The translations under genes and the position numbers were made by a program. From an uncultured cyanobacterium (GTDB lineage Bacteria > Cyanobacteriota > Cyanobacteriia > Pseudanabaenales > Pseudanabaenaceae): a stretch of 64,000 bases of DNA. The stretch is from NCBI GenBank assembly GCA_963703315.1, contig OY969811.1:4448001-4512000 (forward strand), given 5' to 3'. Positions within the stretch are counted from its first letter, which is position 1. Every line of letters begins with the position of its first letter. Below the pieces are notes generated by a model. It saw nothing but the letters and a program-made list of their open reading frames with translations. It was not told where the DNA came from and did not search any database. Positions 21,264 through 32,700 of the stretch are shown here, one piece after another.

Positions 21264-23630
21264 CTACCTCATCTTCTTCAATGATAGCGAACTCATAACC
21301 ACGCTTACGGAACTTAGAGCCATTGCTAAACCTGCGATCGTGGGATTGAGAGAGATGCCGAAACTAGGATAGAGAATTCCTGCGGCAATGGGGATCGCCA
21401 AAGTGTTGTAAGCAAACGCCCAGAACAGATTTTGGCGAATTTTATTAAAAGTAGCGCGGCTAAGCTCGATCGCAGGGACAACATCGCTCAAACCATTACG
21501 CATTAACACAATATCGGCGGTTTCCATTGCCACATCGGTTCCTGAACTGAGGGCAATGCCAACGGTGGCACTGGCGAGGGCAGGGGCATCATTCACGCCA
21601 TCACCCACCATCGCCACACGCTGACCATCATTTAATAATTTACGGATCGCCTCAGCTTTACCATCGGGTTTGACTTCCGCGATCGCCCGTTCTGGAGAAA
21701 TACCTAACTGTTGGGCGATCGCCTGAGCCGTTTCTTGGCGATCGCCTGTGAGCATCCACACCTGTAAACCCATTGATTCAATTTGACGGATAACTTCATT
21801 GGCTTCAGGTTTGAGGCGATCGCGGATGGCAATGATGCCCAATAAATCCAAAGTATTAGCCCCAATTGCTACAAATATCGGAGTTTTCCCTGCTTGGGCT
21901 AGCTGCTGCGATCGCGCTGACATCTCGCTCGGAATTTCCACTTGGCGATCGCCTAACCATGCCGCATTACCCACCAAAATCGTTTCACCAGTTACAAGTT
22001 GAGCTTCCACGCCACAACCTGCCACAATTTGCGAAGACTTAGTTGGTAATAGCTCAATATTTAACTCTTGAGCTTTCGCGATCGTCGCTGCACCAAGAAT
22101 ATGATTTGCGCCAACCTCAGCACTCGCCGCTAGTTGTAAAACTCTTAAGGCTGATGTCGGCACTTCGCGATCAACGAGACTTTTAAAAGTGGTTTGATCG
22201 ATCATTGTGCGCCCAAAAACGATTAAGTCATTGGTAAGAACATCCGTAACTTCAGGCTTACCCGTTGTTAAAGTACCAGTCTTATCAAAAACTACTGCTG
22301 ATAGCTGATCAATTTTTTCGAGGCTTGCCCCACCTTTAATTAAAATTCCTTTTTCTGCGCCCATGCCTGTACCGACCATGATTGCTGTCGGTGTGGCTAA
22401 ACCCAAGGCACAGGGACAAGCTACTACCAAAACCGCGATCGCTAAGCGCAAACTAAATACGATCTCTGCATGAAGTAATCCGTACCAAATCAGAAAAGTC
22501 AAAGCCGAGATTGCCATTACCGAGTAGGCAAAATATCCCGCCACGCGATCGGCTAAGTACTGGATTGGGGCTTTGCTTGCCTGTGCCGACTCCACGAGCG
22601 ACACAATTCGCGCCAAGGTTGTGTCTGCACCAGTTTGTAAAACTTGGACAGTGATTGCCCCTGTCAAATTGAGGGTTGCGCCTGTCACCTTTGCGCCGAC
22701 TTGCTTAGCAACGGGCATTGATTCGCCTGTGAGCATTGACTCATCAACGCTAGAACTACCGCTAATAATTTCGCCATCGACAGGAATTTTTTCGCCAGAC
22801 CACACCACAATGCGATCGCCGACTTGCAAATCTTCTACCGCCATCGGCACTTGGATTTCGCCATCGGTAGAATTTACGAGCAATCTGGCACTAGCGGGCT
22901 GTAGCTCCATTAGAGATCGGATTGCATTGGAGGCTTTCCCCTTAGCTCGTTCTAATAATGCTTGCCCCAACAGCACGAACCCCAAAAGCATCACTGGCTC
23001 TTCAAAAAAGCATTGCCAACCTAGCTGGGGTACATATAAGGCGATCGTGCTGGCTAAATATGCGGAAATCGTCCCTAGTCCCACCAAGGAGTTCATGTTT
23101 GGGGCGCGATACCACAAAGACTTCAAGCCATCCCACCAGATTGGGCGACCGACCCAGCCGAGGGCTACGGTCGAAACTAGCCAATGGACGTACATATTGC
23201 CCAATAGAGGCAAGTCCACCACGCCGATTAGTCCCAAATGTCCCGCGATCGCCAAAATTACTAACGATGCAGGAATCGCGATTTCTTGATTAATGCCAAA
23301 CCACAAAGTTTTTGGCACTGCGGTCGAACTCTGAGATTTAAGCTTTGACTGGCGATCGCGTTGATCAATCAACTCTGCTGCAAAGCCTGCCTTAGCGATC
23401 GCCTCAATTAACGGTGGTGCAAAATCCTTTGGTGCGGCTTCACTGCCATAAACTACAGTTGCTTTCTCGGTCAGTAAATTCACACTTGCTGCCTTGACCC
23501 CATCACAGGCAAGTAAGCGTTTTTCCACCACTCCTACACAGCCCGCACATTTCATTCCTGCGATCGCGAGGGTCAGAGAACTAGACTGCGAATTGATTGT
23601 TTCTATTGCGATTAATTGAGTCACTGTCAC
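21264..23630 (-). CDS. ctaA: Cu-translocating P1B-type ATPase (CtaA-like)
   Basis: N-terminal [31 protein letters not shown]...MALSS. Confidence 0.85.
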   Translation of the reverse strand: MTVTQLIAIETINSQSSSLTLAIAGMKCAGCVGVVEKRLLACDGVKAASVNLLTEKATVVYGSEAAPKDFAPPLIEAIAKAGFAAELIDQRDRQSKLKSQSSTAVPKTLWFGINQEIAIPASLVILAIAGHLGLIGVVDLPLLGNMYVHWLVSTVALGWVGRPIWWDGLKSLWYRAPNMNSLVGLGTISAYLASTIALYVPQLGWQCFFEEPVMLLGFVLLGQALLERAKGKASNAIRSLMELQPASARLLVNSTDGEIQVPMAVEDLQVGDRIVVWSGEKIPVDGEIISGSSSVDESMLTGESMPVAKQVGAKVTGATLNLTGAITVQVLQTGADTTLARIVSLVESAQASKAPIQYLADRVAGYFAYSVMAISALTFLIWYGLLHAEIVFSLRLAIAVLVVACPCALGLATPTAIMVGTGMGAEKGILIKGGASLEKIDQLSAVVFDKTGTLTTGKPEVTDVLTNDLIVFGRTMIDQTTFKSLVDREVPTSALRVLQLAASAEVGANHILGAATIAKAQELNIELLPTKSSQIVAGCGVEAQLVTGETILVGNAAWLGDRQVEIPSEMSARSQQLAQAGKTPIFVAIGANTLDLLGIIAIRDRLKPEANEVIRQIESMGLQVWMLTGDRQETAQAIAQQLGISPERAIAEVKPDGKAEAIRKLLNDGQRVAMVGDGVNDAPALASATVGIALSSGTDVAMETADIVLMRNGLSDVVPAIELSRATFNKIRQNLFWAFAYNTLAIPIAAGILYPSFGISLNPTIAGLAMALSSVSVVMSSLSLKKMR

Positions 23631-24124
23631 AAACTTGTATCTAAACTTATCGGAAAAAATTTAATGAAGTGTGGCACTTTGCGCCGCACTTTATTTTTTT
23701 AAGTGTGATTTTGCTATGTCTAGCTAGTACTAAAAGCTGATAGCCACAGAGCAGTACATAGAGTTAGCATATACGGAAATCTAGTGCGATGGATTGGGTC
23801 ATTATTTCTAATACAGACTTTCAATGTTTTGCTTTTTGTCTAATTTCCTAGCTCCACCTGTGTGACTGCTAAACTTATAAGTAGGCTAAGGTTATCGGAA
23901 GAAGCACGATCTGCTACTAATACTAGCCTCTAGTTCGATACAACTTATAAAACAATTAAAAGTCGTCAAGAGCTACAAAATTGATAATGCCGCCTAAATA
24001 TCGATTTTTTGTATTTGCGCTATTCAAAAATTATGGGTAAATATTTGCCCCTAGTTTATCCAAAATTTCGCTAGGTTTTAGGCTTGACCCAATGGTTCAA
24101 AATTCTCTGACACTGAGTTAGCTA

Positions 24125-25009
24125 ATGTCCATTTCTGACAGCGAGTTTTCTATTTATTTTTGGGGTGTGCGCGGTAGCATAGCTACACCTGGTTCAGATA
24201 CGGTGCGCTATGGTGGTAATACTCCATGTGTAGAAGTGCGCTGTCAAGGTAAACGGATTATTTTTGATGGTGGCACAGGAATTAGGGTTTTAGGTCAGCA
24301 TTTATTAAAACAAATGCCCGTTGAAGCTAGTATTTTCTTTACCCATAGCCATTGGGATCACGTTCAAGGATTTCCTTTTTTTACGCCTGCTTTTATCAAA
24401 GGCAATCTTTTCAAGATTTACGGCAAAATTGCGCCTACTGGACAAACGATGCAAGATCGTCTAGAGGAGCAAATGCACCATCCTAATTTTCCAGTTCCCT
24501 TACGGGTAATGGCCTCCTGCCTTGAGTTTTTTGATGTTGATGTACCGAGCGTCATCGAGATTGGCAATGGCGTAAAGGTGGAGACGGGACTGCTCAATCA
24601 TCCTGGAGAGGCAACGGGGTATCGAGTGAGTTGTGGCGATCACGCTGTGGTTTATGCCACCGATACAGAACACTTTAGCGATCGCCTTGATGAAAATCTG
24701 TTATATCTAGCGCGTAATGCTGATGTCTTGATCATGGATGCGACTTACTCTGATGAGGAATATTGGTCAAGTTCATCGCCAAAAGTGGGTTGGGGACATT
24801 CAACATGGCAAGAGGCGATCAAGATTGCTGAGGCAGCCAATGTCAAAACTCTAGTCATTTTTCACCATGATCCTTTACATAGTGATGATCATTTAGATGA
24901 AGTTGGGCGGCTCGCTAAAGAAAAATTTGGTGGGGCAGTGATTGCAAGGGAGGGTATGTGTATTTCGATTCCGATTCGTGCGGATGCCAAGCCTTTGGTG
25001 AGGGTCTAA
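24125..25009 (+). CDS. MBL-fold metallo-hydrolase
   Basis: WGVRGS, YGGNTPC, THSHWDH, WGHS, FHHDP. Confidence 0.88.
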   Translation: MSISDSEFSIYFWGVRGSIATPGSDTVRYGGNTPCVEVRCQGKRIIFDGGTGIRVLGQHLLKQMPVEASIFFTHSHWDHVQGFPFFTPAFIKGNLFKIYGKIAPTGQTMQDRLEEQMHHPNFPVPLRVMASCLEFFDVDVPSVIEIGNGVKVETGLLNHPGEATGYRVSCGDHAVVYATDTEHFSDRLDENLLYLARNADVLIMDATYSDEEYWSSSSPKVGWGHSTWQEAIKIAEAANVKTLVIFHHDPLHSDDHLDEVGRLAKEKFGGAVIAREGMCISIPIRADAKPLVRV

Positions 25010-25082
25010 TCTGGCAGTAGGTACAGGGCAATTTATGGCGATCGCGATAAAATAGGGCTAGCAAATAAACTAGCTCAGCAAA

Positions 25083-25583
25083 ATGATCTCTTCGCAGATA
25101 AAGACTAACCCCCATCTAGACAACTCCTCAACTTGGACCATTAATTGGAAAATTAAGCTGCTATATGACGGTGCTTGTCCCCTCTGTGTGCGCGAAGTTA
25201 ACTTTTTAAAACGCAAAGATGGCGATCGCGGGTTGATTAAATTTGTGGATATCGCCGCCGATGACTATGACCCTGTGGATAATGCAGGGATTGACTTTGA
25301 GACGGCAATGGGACGGATTCATGCCATATTGCCTGATGGTGAAATTATTCAAAATGTCGAAGTATTTCGCCAAACCTACGACATTCTTGGCATTGGTTGG
25401 ATTTATGCGATTACCAAATTGCCACTGGTCGGACGCTTAGCCGATGCTCTCTACGGAATTTGGGCAGACTACCGCCTCTTGCTCACAGGACGTACCGACT
25501 TAAAAACTATTATTGCGGAACGGGAGCAAAGACAAAAAGGTTGTCATGATAATTGCGCGATCGCCAATCAGGAAACATCATGA
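25083..25583 (+). CDS. DCC family (DUF393) thiol-disulfide oxidoreductase
   Basis: LLYDGACPLCVRE (DxxCxxC) motif. Confidence 0.85.
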   Translation: MISSQIKTNPHLDNSSTWTINWKIKLLYDGACPLCVREVNFLKRKDGDRGLIKFVDIAADDYDPVDNAGIDFETAMGRIHAILPDGEIIQNVEVFRQTYDILGIGWIYAITKLPLVGRLADALYGIWADYRLLLTGRTDLKTIIAEREQRQKGCHDNCAIANQETS

Positions 25584-26053
25584 TTATTGCTTGGTTAGCG
25601 ATCGCGGTGATGTGCTTGGCAATTGGCTTTGCATTGAATAAGCTTTATCCTGCGGACTATAAATGGTTTATGCGATTACGCCGCCCCCGATGGCTCACCT
25701 TTGAGAAGGCAATTCCCTTAATTTGGATCGCGATTTTTATCTGTGGGATCACTTCTGCCGCAGTGTTATGGCAGACCCAACCAGCGACGGTTAGCACGTG
25801 GTTATTCATGGCTGGCTATGCGATCGTGGAAATTGCGGTTTTAGCCTATACCCCAGTGATGACTCGTTTACGAAATGTGAGGATCGGGGCAATCACGGGA
25901 GCGATCGGTTTTATATTAGGAGGGATTTTAACGGCACAGGTTTGGCAAGTTTCCAGCTTGGCAGGATGGCTTTTAGTGCCATATTTGCTATGGAGTCCTG
26001 TGGGTACTTATGTAACGTGGGTGATGGCAAGACTCAATCCACCCGAAATTTAG
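25580..26053 (+). CDS. tspO: TspO/MBR family tryptophan-rich sensory protein
   Basis: WF.RLRRPRWL, LLVPYLLW, about 5 TM helices. ATG 25580 overlaps the upstream stop (ATGA). Confidence 0.82.
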   Translation: MIIAWLAIAVMCLAIGFALNKLYPADYKWFMRLRRPRWLTFEKAIPLIWIAIFICGITSAAVLWQTQPATVSTWLFMAGYAIVEIAVLAYTPVMTRLRNVRIGAITGAIGFILGGILTAQVWQVSSLAGWLLVPYLLWSPVGTYVTWVMARLNPPEI

Positions 26054-26118
26054 TTCTATCAGGAGAGGCGGCGCGAAGTGCTGCCTCTCCTGAATATACA
26101 AGATAGGAAAATCCGAGT

Positions 26119-27153
26119 ATGACAGTTAAGCATTTAAAGATTCTGCACCAGCATAATTTGTCGATAAATCCCACGTTTGAAAAAGATGGTCATGACGTTG
26201 TTCAAGGATTAACGGCAATTCCCAAAACTCTTCCGCCCAAATATTTTTATGATGATCGCGGCTCGGAGTTATTTGAGCAAATTTGCGAACTTCCTGAATA
26301 CTATCCAACGCGCACCGAAGCATGGATATTGAATGAATATGCTGATGAAATTGCGGCAATTACAGGCTCCTGCGAATTAGTAGAACTAGGTAGTGGAAGT
26401 TCGACAAAAACCAATTTTCTGTTAAATGCTTATCAAAAAGTAGCTAATTCTTTACCTGAACAAATACCTAATGCTTTTAGTTATATTCCCATTGATGTAA
26501 GTGGCGGGATTCTCAAAACTACGGTCTTACATTTACAGGGTAAATATCCCAAGCTCACCCTTGAAGGCTTAATTGGTACATACGAAGAAGCGTTGTTGTA
26601 TCTTGGCAAAAACCATCAGCGATCGCGCATGATTTTCTTTTTAGGTAGTTCCATTGGTAACTTTACAGAAGTCGAATCTAACGACTTCTTAAGCAAAGTT
26701 TCCCATGCGTTAACTCAAGGTGATTACTTCTTATTAGGAATTGATTTGCAAAAGCCTAAAGGTATTTTGGAAGCTGCCTATAATGATGCTCAAGGAGTGA
26801 CGGCTGCCTTTAATTTGAATATGCTTGCTCATTTGAATTGGCGTTTTCAGGGCAACTTCGATCTTGACTTGTTTAAACATCAGGCAATTTATAATGAAGT
26901 CGATCATCAAATTGAAATGTATTTGCATTCTCAAGGCGCTCATCAAGCATCTTTAGATATTCTCGATCTTACAGTTCAATTTGAAGCTGATGAAAGTATT
27001 CTCACAGAAATTTCCCGTAAGTTTGATCTAGAAGATATGCAAACACAACTGCGATCGCAAGGTTTAGAAACTGTCAAAATCTGGACAGATCCTCAAAAAT
27101 GGTTTGGCTTAGTTCTTTGTCAAGTTCCCCATAAGCACCTCGAAAACATCTAA
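26119..27153 (+). CDS. egtD: L-histidine N-alpha-trimethyltransferase
   Basis: KTLPPKYFYDDRGSELFEQICELPEYYPTRTE, VELGSGSSTKT, FLGSSIGNF, AYNDAQGVTAAFNLN, TEISRKF. Confidence 0.93.
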   Translation: MTVKHLKILHQHNLSINPTFEKDGHDVVQGLTAIPKTLPPKYFYDDRGSELFEQICELPEYYPTRTEAWILNEYADEIAAITGSCELVELGSGSSTKTNFLLNAYQKVANSLPEQIPNAFSYIPIDVSGGILKTTVLHLQGKYPKLTLEGLIGTYEEALLYLGKNHQRSRMIFFLGSSIGNFTEVESNDFLSKVSHALTQGDYFLLGIDLQKPKGILEAAYNDAQGVTAAFNLNMLAHLNWRFQGNFDLDLFKHQAIYNEVDHQIEMYLHSQGAHQASLDILDLTVQFEADESILTEISRKFDLEDMQTQLRSQGLETVKIWTDPQKWFGLVLCQVPHKHLENI

Positions 27154-27186
27154 AACCTTTGGCGCACGTGCGCCAAAGGTTTTAGA
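27149..27186. repeat. Perfect loopless 38-bp palindrome between egtD and the ovoA-like gene
   Basis: TCTAAAACCTTTGGCGCAC|GTGCGCCAAAGGTTTTAGA; includes the egtD stop. Confidence 0.9.
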
Positions 27187-27188
27187 GT

Positions 27189-28556
27189 TTGAATAATTTT
27201 GGATTCATTCTTATGCAACCACCAGATCTCCACTATTGCGATCGCCAAGATATTCTTGCTTATTTTCAACGTGCTTGGCAAATTGAAGATCAGTTAATGA
27301 GAAGTTTAATTAGTCCCCAGACTTTTTATCTCAATCCTGATCCCTTACGCAATTTATTGATTTTCTATTTAGGACATTCTGCTGTTTTTTATATCAATAA
27401 ATTAGTCAGAGTTGATCTATTTACCCAAAGAATCAATCCTCATTTTGAAAGTCTGTTTGAAATCGGAGTCGATCCCGAAAAGCCCGAAGAAATTGCCAGT
27501 ATTTTCGATAATCTTCGTCAAGTTAAGGTTGTTGACGTTTGGGCATATCGTCAGCAAGTCCATGACAGAGTTAGCGAATTTATTAATAATTTGGCGATCG
27601 CCTTACCAATCAGTCCAGCGCATCCACTCTGGGCATTGATGATGGCGATCGAGCATCAGTATATCCATATTGAAACTTCATCAATGTTGATTCGCCAATT
27701 ACCTGTTGAGACGTTACAACGTCCTGAAGGTTGGCAATATGCCCCCGCTAATGGCTACACCAAACCCAATGAGATGATTGAGATTACAGGCGGGACTGTG
27801 TGCTTCGGTAAACCGCAGGATTCTCGTATCTATGGTTGGGATATCGAATATGGCGATCGCACAGTGAATGTGGCAACTTTTCAAGCTAGTAAATATCTGA
27901 TCACGAATGCTGAGTTTCTCGAATTTGTCAAAGATGGTGGTTATGAGAATCAAAACTATTGGCATGAATCAGCATGGCAATGGAAAATTCAGCACAATAT
28001 TAAGCATCCTAAGTTCTGGATTCCTCTAAACAATCAGCAACCTGATGAGTATCCCCAGTACAAATATCGCGCTATGTTTGATGAAATTTCGATGCCCTTT
28101 GACTTTCCTGTGGAGGTCAATCATCATGAGGCGATCGCCTATTGTCGTTGGAAAGGCAATAACTTCCGTCTCATGAGTGAAGCAGAATATAATCTCGCAA
28201 CCTACGGAACTTCAGGTTTACTCTCACCACAAGCAACAGATAATTCTAATTTTAATCTCAATTTAAAATTCAGTTCGCCCAATCCTGTGGGATATCTAGA
28301 AACATTGCCAAGTCCATCAGGACTATCCGATTTACGAGGTAATGTCTGGGAATGGTTGAGCGATCATCTAACACCTCTCTCTGGCTATCAATCCCATTAT
28401 TTGTATGAAAACTATTCCGCTCCATATTTTGATACTAAGCACAATATGATGGCTGGAGGCTCATGGATTACCAGTGGTACAGAAGCTTGTCAATATTATC
28501 GCAACTGGTTCCGTCCGCACTTCTATCAACACGCAGGGTTTAGAATAGCTAAATAG
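27189..28556 (+). CDS. ovoA: OvoA-type non-heme iron sulfoxide synthase lacking the C-terminal methyltransferase (DinB + FGE-sulfatase domains)
   Basis: LIFYLGHSAVFYINKL, SLFEIGVD, EHQYIHIETSSMLIRQLP (HxxxHxE), GNVWEW, GGSW, FRPHFYQHAGFR then stop. Alternative start ATG 27213. Confidence 0.85.
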   Translation: MNNFGFILMQPPDLHYCDRQDILAYFQRAWQIEDQLMRSLISPQTFYLNPDPLRNLLIFYLGHSAVFYINKLVRVDLFTQRINPHFESLFEIGVDPEKPEEIASIFDNLRQVKVVDVWAYRQQVHDRVSEFINNLAIALPISPAHPLWALMMAIEHQYIHIETSSMLIRQLPVETLQRPEGWQYAPANGYTKPNEMIEITGGTVCFGKPQDSRIYGWDIEYGDRTVNVATFQASKYLITNAEFLEFVKDGGYENQNYWHESAWQWKIQHNIKHPKFWIPLNNQQPDEYPQYKYRAMFDEISMPFDFPVEVNHHEAIAYCRWKGNNFRLMSEAEYNLATYGTSGLLSPQATDNSNFNLNLKFSSPNPVGYLETLPSPSGLSDLRGNVWEWLSDHLTPLSGYQSHYLYENYSAPYFDTKHNMMAGGSWITSGTEACQYYRNWFRPHFYQHAGFRIAK

Positions 28557-28595
28557 GTTGATGGGCGGCGCAAAGCGCCGCCCATCAACCTATTT
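28551..28595. terminator. Palindrome containing both convergent stop codons (ovoA-like / histidine kinase)
   Basis: AAATAGGTTGATGGGCGGCGC-AAA-GCGCCGCCCATCAACCTATTT, perfect 21-bp stem. Confidence 0.85.
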
Positions 28596-29726
28596 GATGA
28601 CAGGTAATTCGATATTTACAGTTGTCTCTCGACCATAGATACTCGATACCGAAAACTTACCTCCATGAATTTCAATGATTTTCTTCGCTATTTTTAAACC
28701 TAGTCCAATCCCTTGCTGTTCATAATACCTGCGTTCAAATTGAATAAAAGCACCGATTCTATTAATTTGTTCTTCAGTCATGCCCCTACCGCGATCGCAA
28801 ATTGACAGATGCAATACATCATTTTCCACGCGACTTCTAATAGTGACAGGAGTATTTACTTGAGAAAATTTCAAAGCATTGTCTACTAATTCATTAATCA
28901 AGCTGAGAAAATATTTGTCATCCATCGCAATTTCTGCGGGTTCTAGATCTAATACTAGATCATCCAAACGATTACTAGTTATAGATCTACAAGCATTAGG
29001 AATAAATATATGCGTTGGAAGATTTACATAAGGCTTATAGTATCCTTGCTCAATTTTGGGATTAAGTGCAAGAGTCTCCAGCTTGGCATATTGTAAAAAC
29101 CTTTTAGTTAAATTTTCTAGCCGTCCAATTGATATTTGTGCTAGGGTCAACCATTCCTGAATCTCCTCTGACTTCATACTTTGGTGTTCATTCATGACAA
29201 TCCCCAAAGCACCAAATACCCCATTGAGAGGTGTACTAAGTTCATGGGGAAGTGTAGAAGATAAATTTCCGCACAATTCATCCATGTTGTTTTGTAGGAG
29301 ATTAATCGTGTTTTCTTGTAGTTTTGATAAAGTACTAATCTGATCGTATTGTTGCTTAATTCGCAACATCGATTTAATTCTTGCCCCCAGTTCTATCCGA
29401 TCAACAGGTTTACTGATAAAGTCATCTGCCCCCGACTCTAAACATAGTGCAATATCTTTCTTGGCAGTAAGTGCCGTCACCATGATAATGGGTATATGCT
29501 TCCATTCTGTCATTGATTTGAGGCGACGGCAGACTTCAATCCCATCGATTTTAGGCATCATCACATCGAGCAAAATTACATCAGGCTGATAATCCCCAAT
29601 TGTATCTAGGGCTTCTTGTCCACTGGATACATAATGTAATTGATAGGCTTGATTGCTCAAAAGCACTTGAATTACATCAAAATTGTAGATTTCATCATCA
29701 ATTACTAAAATAGAAGACATATTCAT
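28590..29726 (-). CDS. Hybrid response regulator / histidine kinase (REC-HisKA-HATPase)
   Basis: ILVIDDE, LLDVMMP, HELSTPLNG, ELVDNALKFS, GIGLGL. Confidence 0.9.
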   Translation of the reverse strand: MNMSSILVIDDEIYNFDVIQVLLSNQAYQLHYVSSGQEALDTIGDYQPDVILLDVMMPKIDGIEVCRRLKSMTEWKHIPIIMVTALTAKKDIALCLESGADDFISKPVDRIELGARIKSMLRIKQQYDQISTLSKLQENTINLLQNNMDELCGNLSSTLPHELSTPLNGVFGALGIVMNEHQSMKSEEIQEWLTLAQISIGRLENLTKRFLQYAKLETLALNPKIEQGYYKPYVNLPTHIFIPNACRSITSNRLDDLVLDLEPAEIAMDDKYFLSLINELVDNALKFSQVNTPVTIRSRVENDVLHLSICDRGRGMTEEQINRIGAFIQFERRYYEQQGIGLGLKIAKKIIEIHGGKFSVSSIYGRETTVNIELPVIK

Positions 29727-32700
29727 GAGTTGATCTTTTGATTTCCTAGAAACTGCTGAATTGTGATTTCTAGTTGCTTTATTTTAACTGGTTTTGCTAA
29801 ATATTCATTAGCCCCTGCTTCGAGACAGCGATCGCGATCGCCAGCCATGACTAGGGCTGTAATTGCAACAATGGGCGTATGCATCAAATGGGGATCAGCA
29901 CGAATTTCCTTGATTGCCTCAATGCCATCCACCTTAGGCATTTGAATATCCATCAAAATCAAATCGGGTTTGTGAAGTCTGGCATAGTCAATCGCCTCTT
30001 GACCATCCTTAGCTACTAAAAAATGATAACCCTTAGTTTTCAGGCATTGAGAAAACATACTGATATTAGCGGCATTGTCTTCTACTAATAAGATCAGAGA
30101 GTTATCCACAATATTTGCATCAATCGAAAAAGTTTCGGCAGCCAAATTATCGTCTTGTTTCTCATCAATAATCGGGCAGATGGGAATATAGGGAAGGTCG
30201 ATGGTAAAGGTGCTACCTATATCAACTTCACTAGTCAGTCCTACCATGCCCCCATGCATTTCCACAATCCGCTTGACGAGGGCGAGTCCTAATCCTGTTC
30301 CATTATATTCACGATTTAGAGAACTATCGATTTGCATAAATGGTTGAAAGAGCTTATGGATATTTTCAGGTAAGATCCCAATGCCTGTATCAATTACGGC
30401 AATGCGTAAATATTGATGCGGCTTCAAGTCATCGGTTAATTCATCGGTTAACAGAGATGCTTCTAGTCTGATGTGTCCTCCCTCGGGTGTGAATTTAACA
30501 GCATTGTTGAGGAGGTTAATCAGTACTTGACGAATGCGGCGCTCATCCACCAGTATGTTAGGCAAATTGAATTGGAACTTGAATTCTAATTGAATCCGTT
30601 TCTGTAATGCCTGTTGCTTGATAAAAGTAAGACTAGCCTGACAAAGATGATTGACAGGAATGGAGATCATATCTAACTCAATTTGTCCAGATTCAATCTT
30701 GGCAAGATCAAGGATATCGTCAATTAATTCCAGCAGGTGAGAACCACTACTCTCAATTATCTGTAAAGCCGCGATTTGTTGTTCGTTGACTGTGCCGAAA
30801 AAATGCTCCTTTAGTCCATCGGTCATACCTAAGATTGCATTGAGTGGCGTACGGAGTTCATGACTCATATTTGCCAGAAATTCATCTTTGAGTCGGGTAA
30901 CACGGGCAAGTTCTTGGTTTGTGTGTTTTAGTTCTTTGGTGCGTTGCTCAACTTTAGATTCTAGATCTTGATTAAGTTGATGTAGTTCTCTTTCGGCTTT
31001 TTTGCGATCGCTAATATTCCGAATCATAAATAAAACTTCATCATCACCATACTTGAGTACTCTAACTTCTTCATCTTGGAGGCGATCGCGAACTTGAAGC
31101 TGCTGCTCATAAATTTGTAACTCACCTGTCTCTAAAGCTTTACGCAAATAATGCAACTGTTGCTCAGCAATGTCTGGAGGCAAGACATTCTTAACTGCCA
31201 TACCAGCTATATTTGAGTCTTTTGCGAGTAGTCCAAAATCTTGATAGGGGGTGACATAATCACGATAGATTCCATCTGCACCGACTCGAACCATGATGTC
31301 GGGAATAGTAGCTAAGATCGCTCGACTTTGGGCTTCACTTTGGCGTAGGCGCATTTCTGCTAACTGACATTCATTAAGGCGTTCTTGCAACTTTTGATTG
31401 ATTGTGACTTGATGTAGGGCGATCGCCAAATGTACTGATAGAGATTCCAATAATTCAATCTCTTCTTCTTCCCACTCGCGAGACTTCTCACTTTCAGTCG
31501 CGCTAAGAAAGCCCCATAATTCATCAGCATATAAGATTGGGACTAAAATCTGGGCGCGAATCTGAAGTTTATCGATAATGGTATGTCCATAGGCTGACAT
31601 GATGGTTGCATGAATGTCTCCTACCGCACAACGTAGACACTTTGCATCACATCCCACCTGCCGAAATTGATTTGTGTCAATTCCATTTACGACTTGTCCT
31701 AAAGTCGATAGGTAGGAGTCGGTAGATTCAGCAACAATAATGTTTTGATCGGCTTCAAGTTGAATAATATTAACGCGATCGCATTTCAGCAGTTGCCGCA
31801 CACGCTCTACAGTCGTGTCGAGAATAGTTTGCAAACTCAAAGAAGAACGAATCTGGATCGATAGCTCAGCAAGTAATTTTTCACGTTTCACCTTTTCTTG
31901 AAGCTCAAAAGTTCGAGCTTCAACCTGCCTCTCTAACTCAAGATTGCGGTTAGTGAGTAACTGCATCTTCTCTGACTCTAACTGGATAACTTTCTGCTCT
32001 AATACTTCGGTCTGTTTATGCAGTTCTAATGGATTAAGAACTTGAAATAAACTGCTACGAGTGATAATCCCTAATAGCTCTCCTTGCTCATTAGTTACCG
32101 CTAGTCGATGGACTAACCTCTCCTCCATGCTACGATACAATGCCCAGAGGGAGTCTTCAGGACTAGCCGTAATAATTGGCGCACTCATTACATCCTGAGC
32201 TAGATAGGCTTCCAAATCTAATCCTAATGATTGAAATTGCACAATATCTCGCTCAGTCACAATTCCAATAGGAATTTGCCTCGTTTCTGCTTGTCGATCC
32301 GACTGCACAATAATTACAGAACTAATGTGGTGATCAAACATCAGTTGAGTAATTGCCAGCATTGAACTATTGGCAGTTGCCCAAATAACTTCACGGGTCA
32401 TCACTTCTGATACTGTGCGCGATCGCAGGATATCCTCATGACTGGTAATTTGCCTGATACTCTCATGGGTCAATAATCCTACTAAATGGTTCTGTTCACT
32501 TAAAATCGGTATATGGCGAATGCGATATTTTTGAAGTAGATTCGCCACAAAAAATAAATTGGGAAAAGTAGATTCATTCAGTGTAACCACAGGATAGGTC
32601 ATCACATCCCTTACTAGTAAGTCATCCAAAGATCGCTTTTGAGCAGTTAGTCTTACGATATCGCGTTCTGTGAGAATACCAACTAATTTTTCATCTCTCA

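Noticed and set aside
22573..23289. 238-aa antisense ORF and other short shadow ORFs inside core genes
   Set aside because: They lie antisense or out of frame within well-supported genes such as ctaA, pheT, recA, glgB and ccmM, and have no independent motifs.
27189..28556. Selenoneine or ovoselenol cluster
   Set aside because: No selenophosphate synthetase or SenB-type glycosyltransferase in the window.
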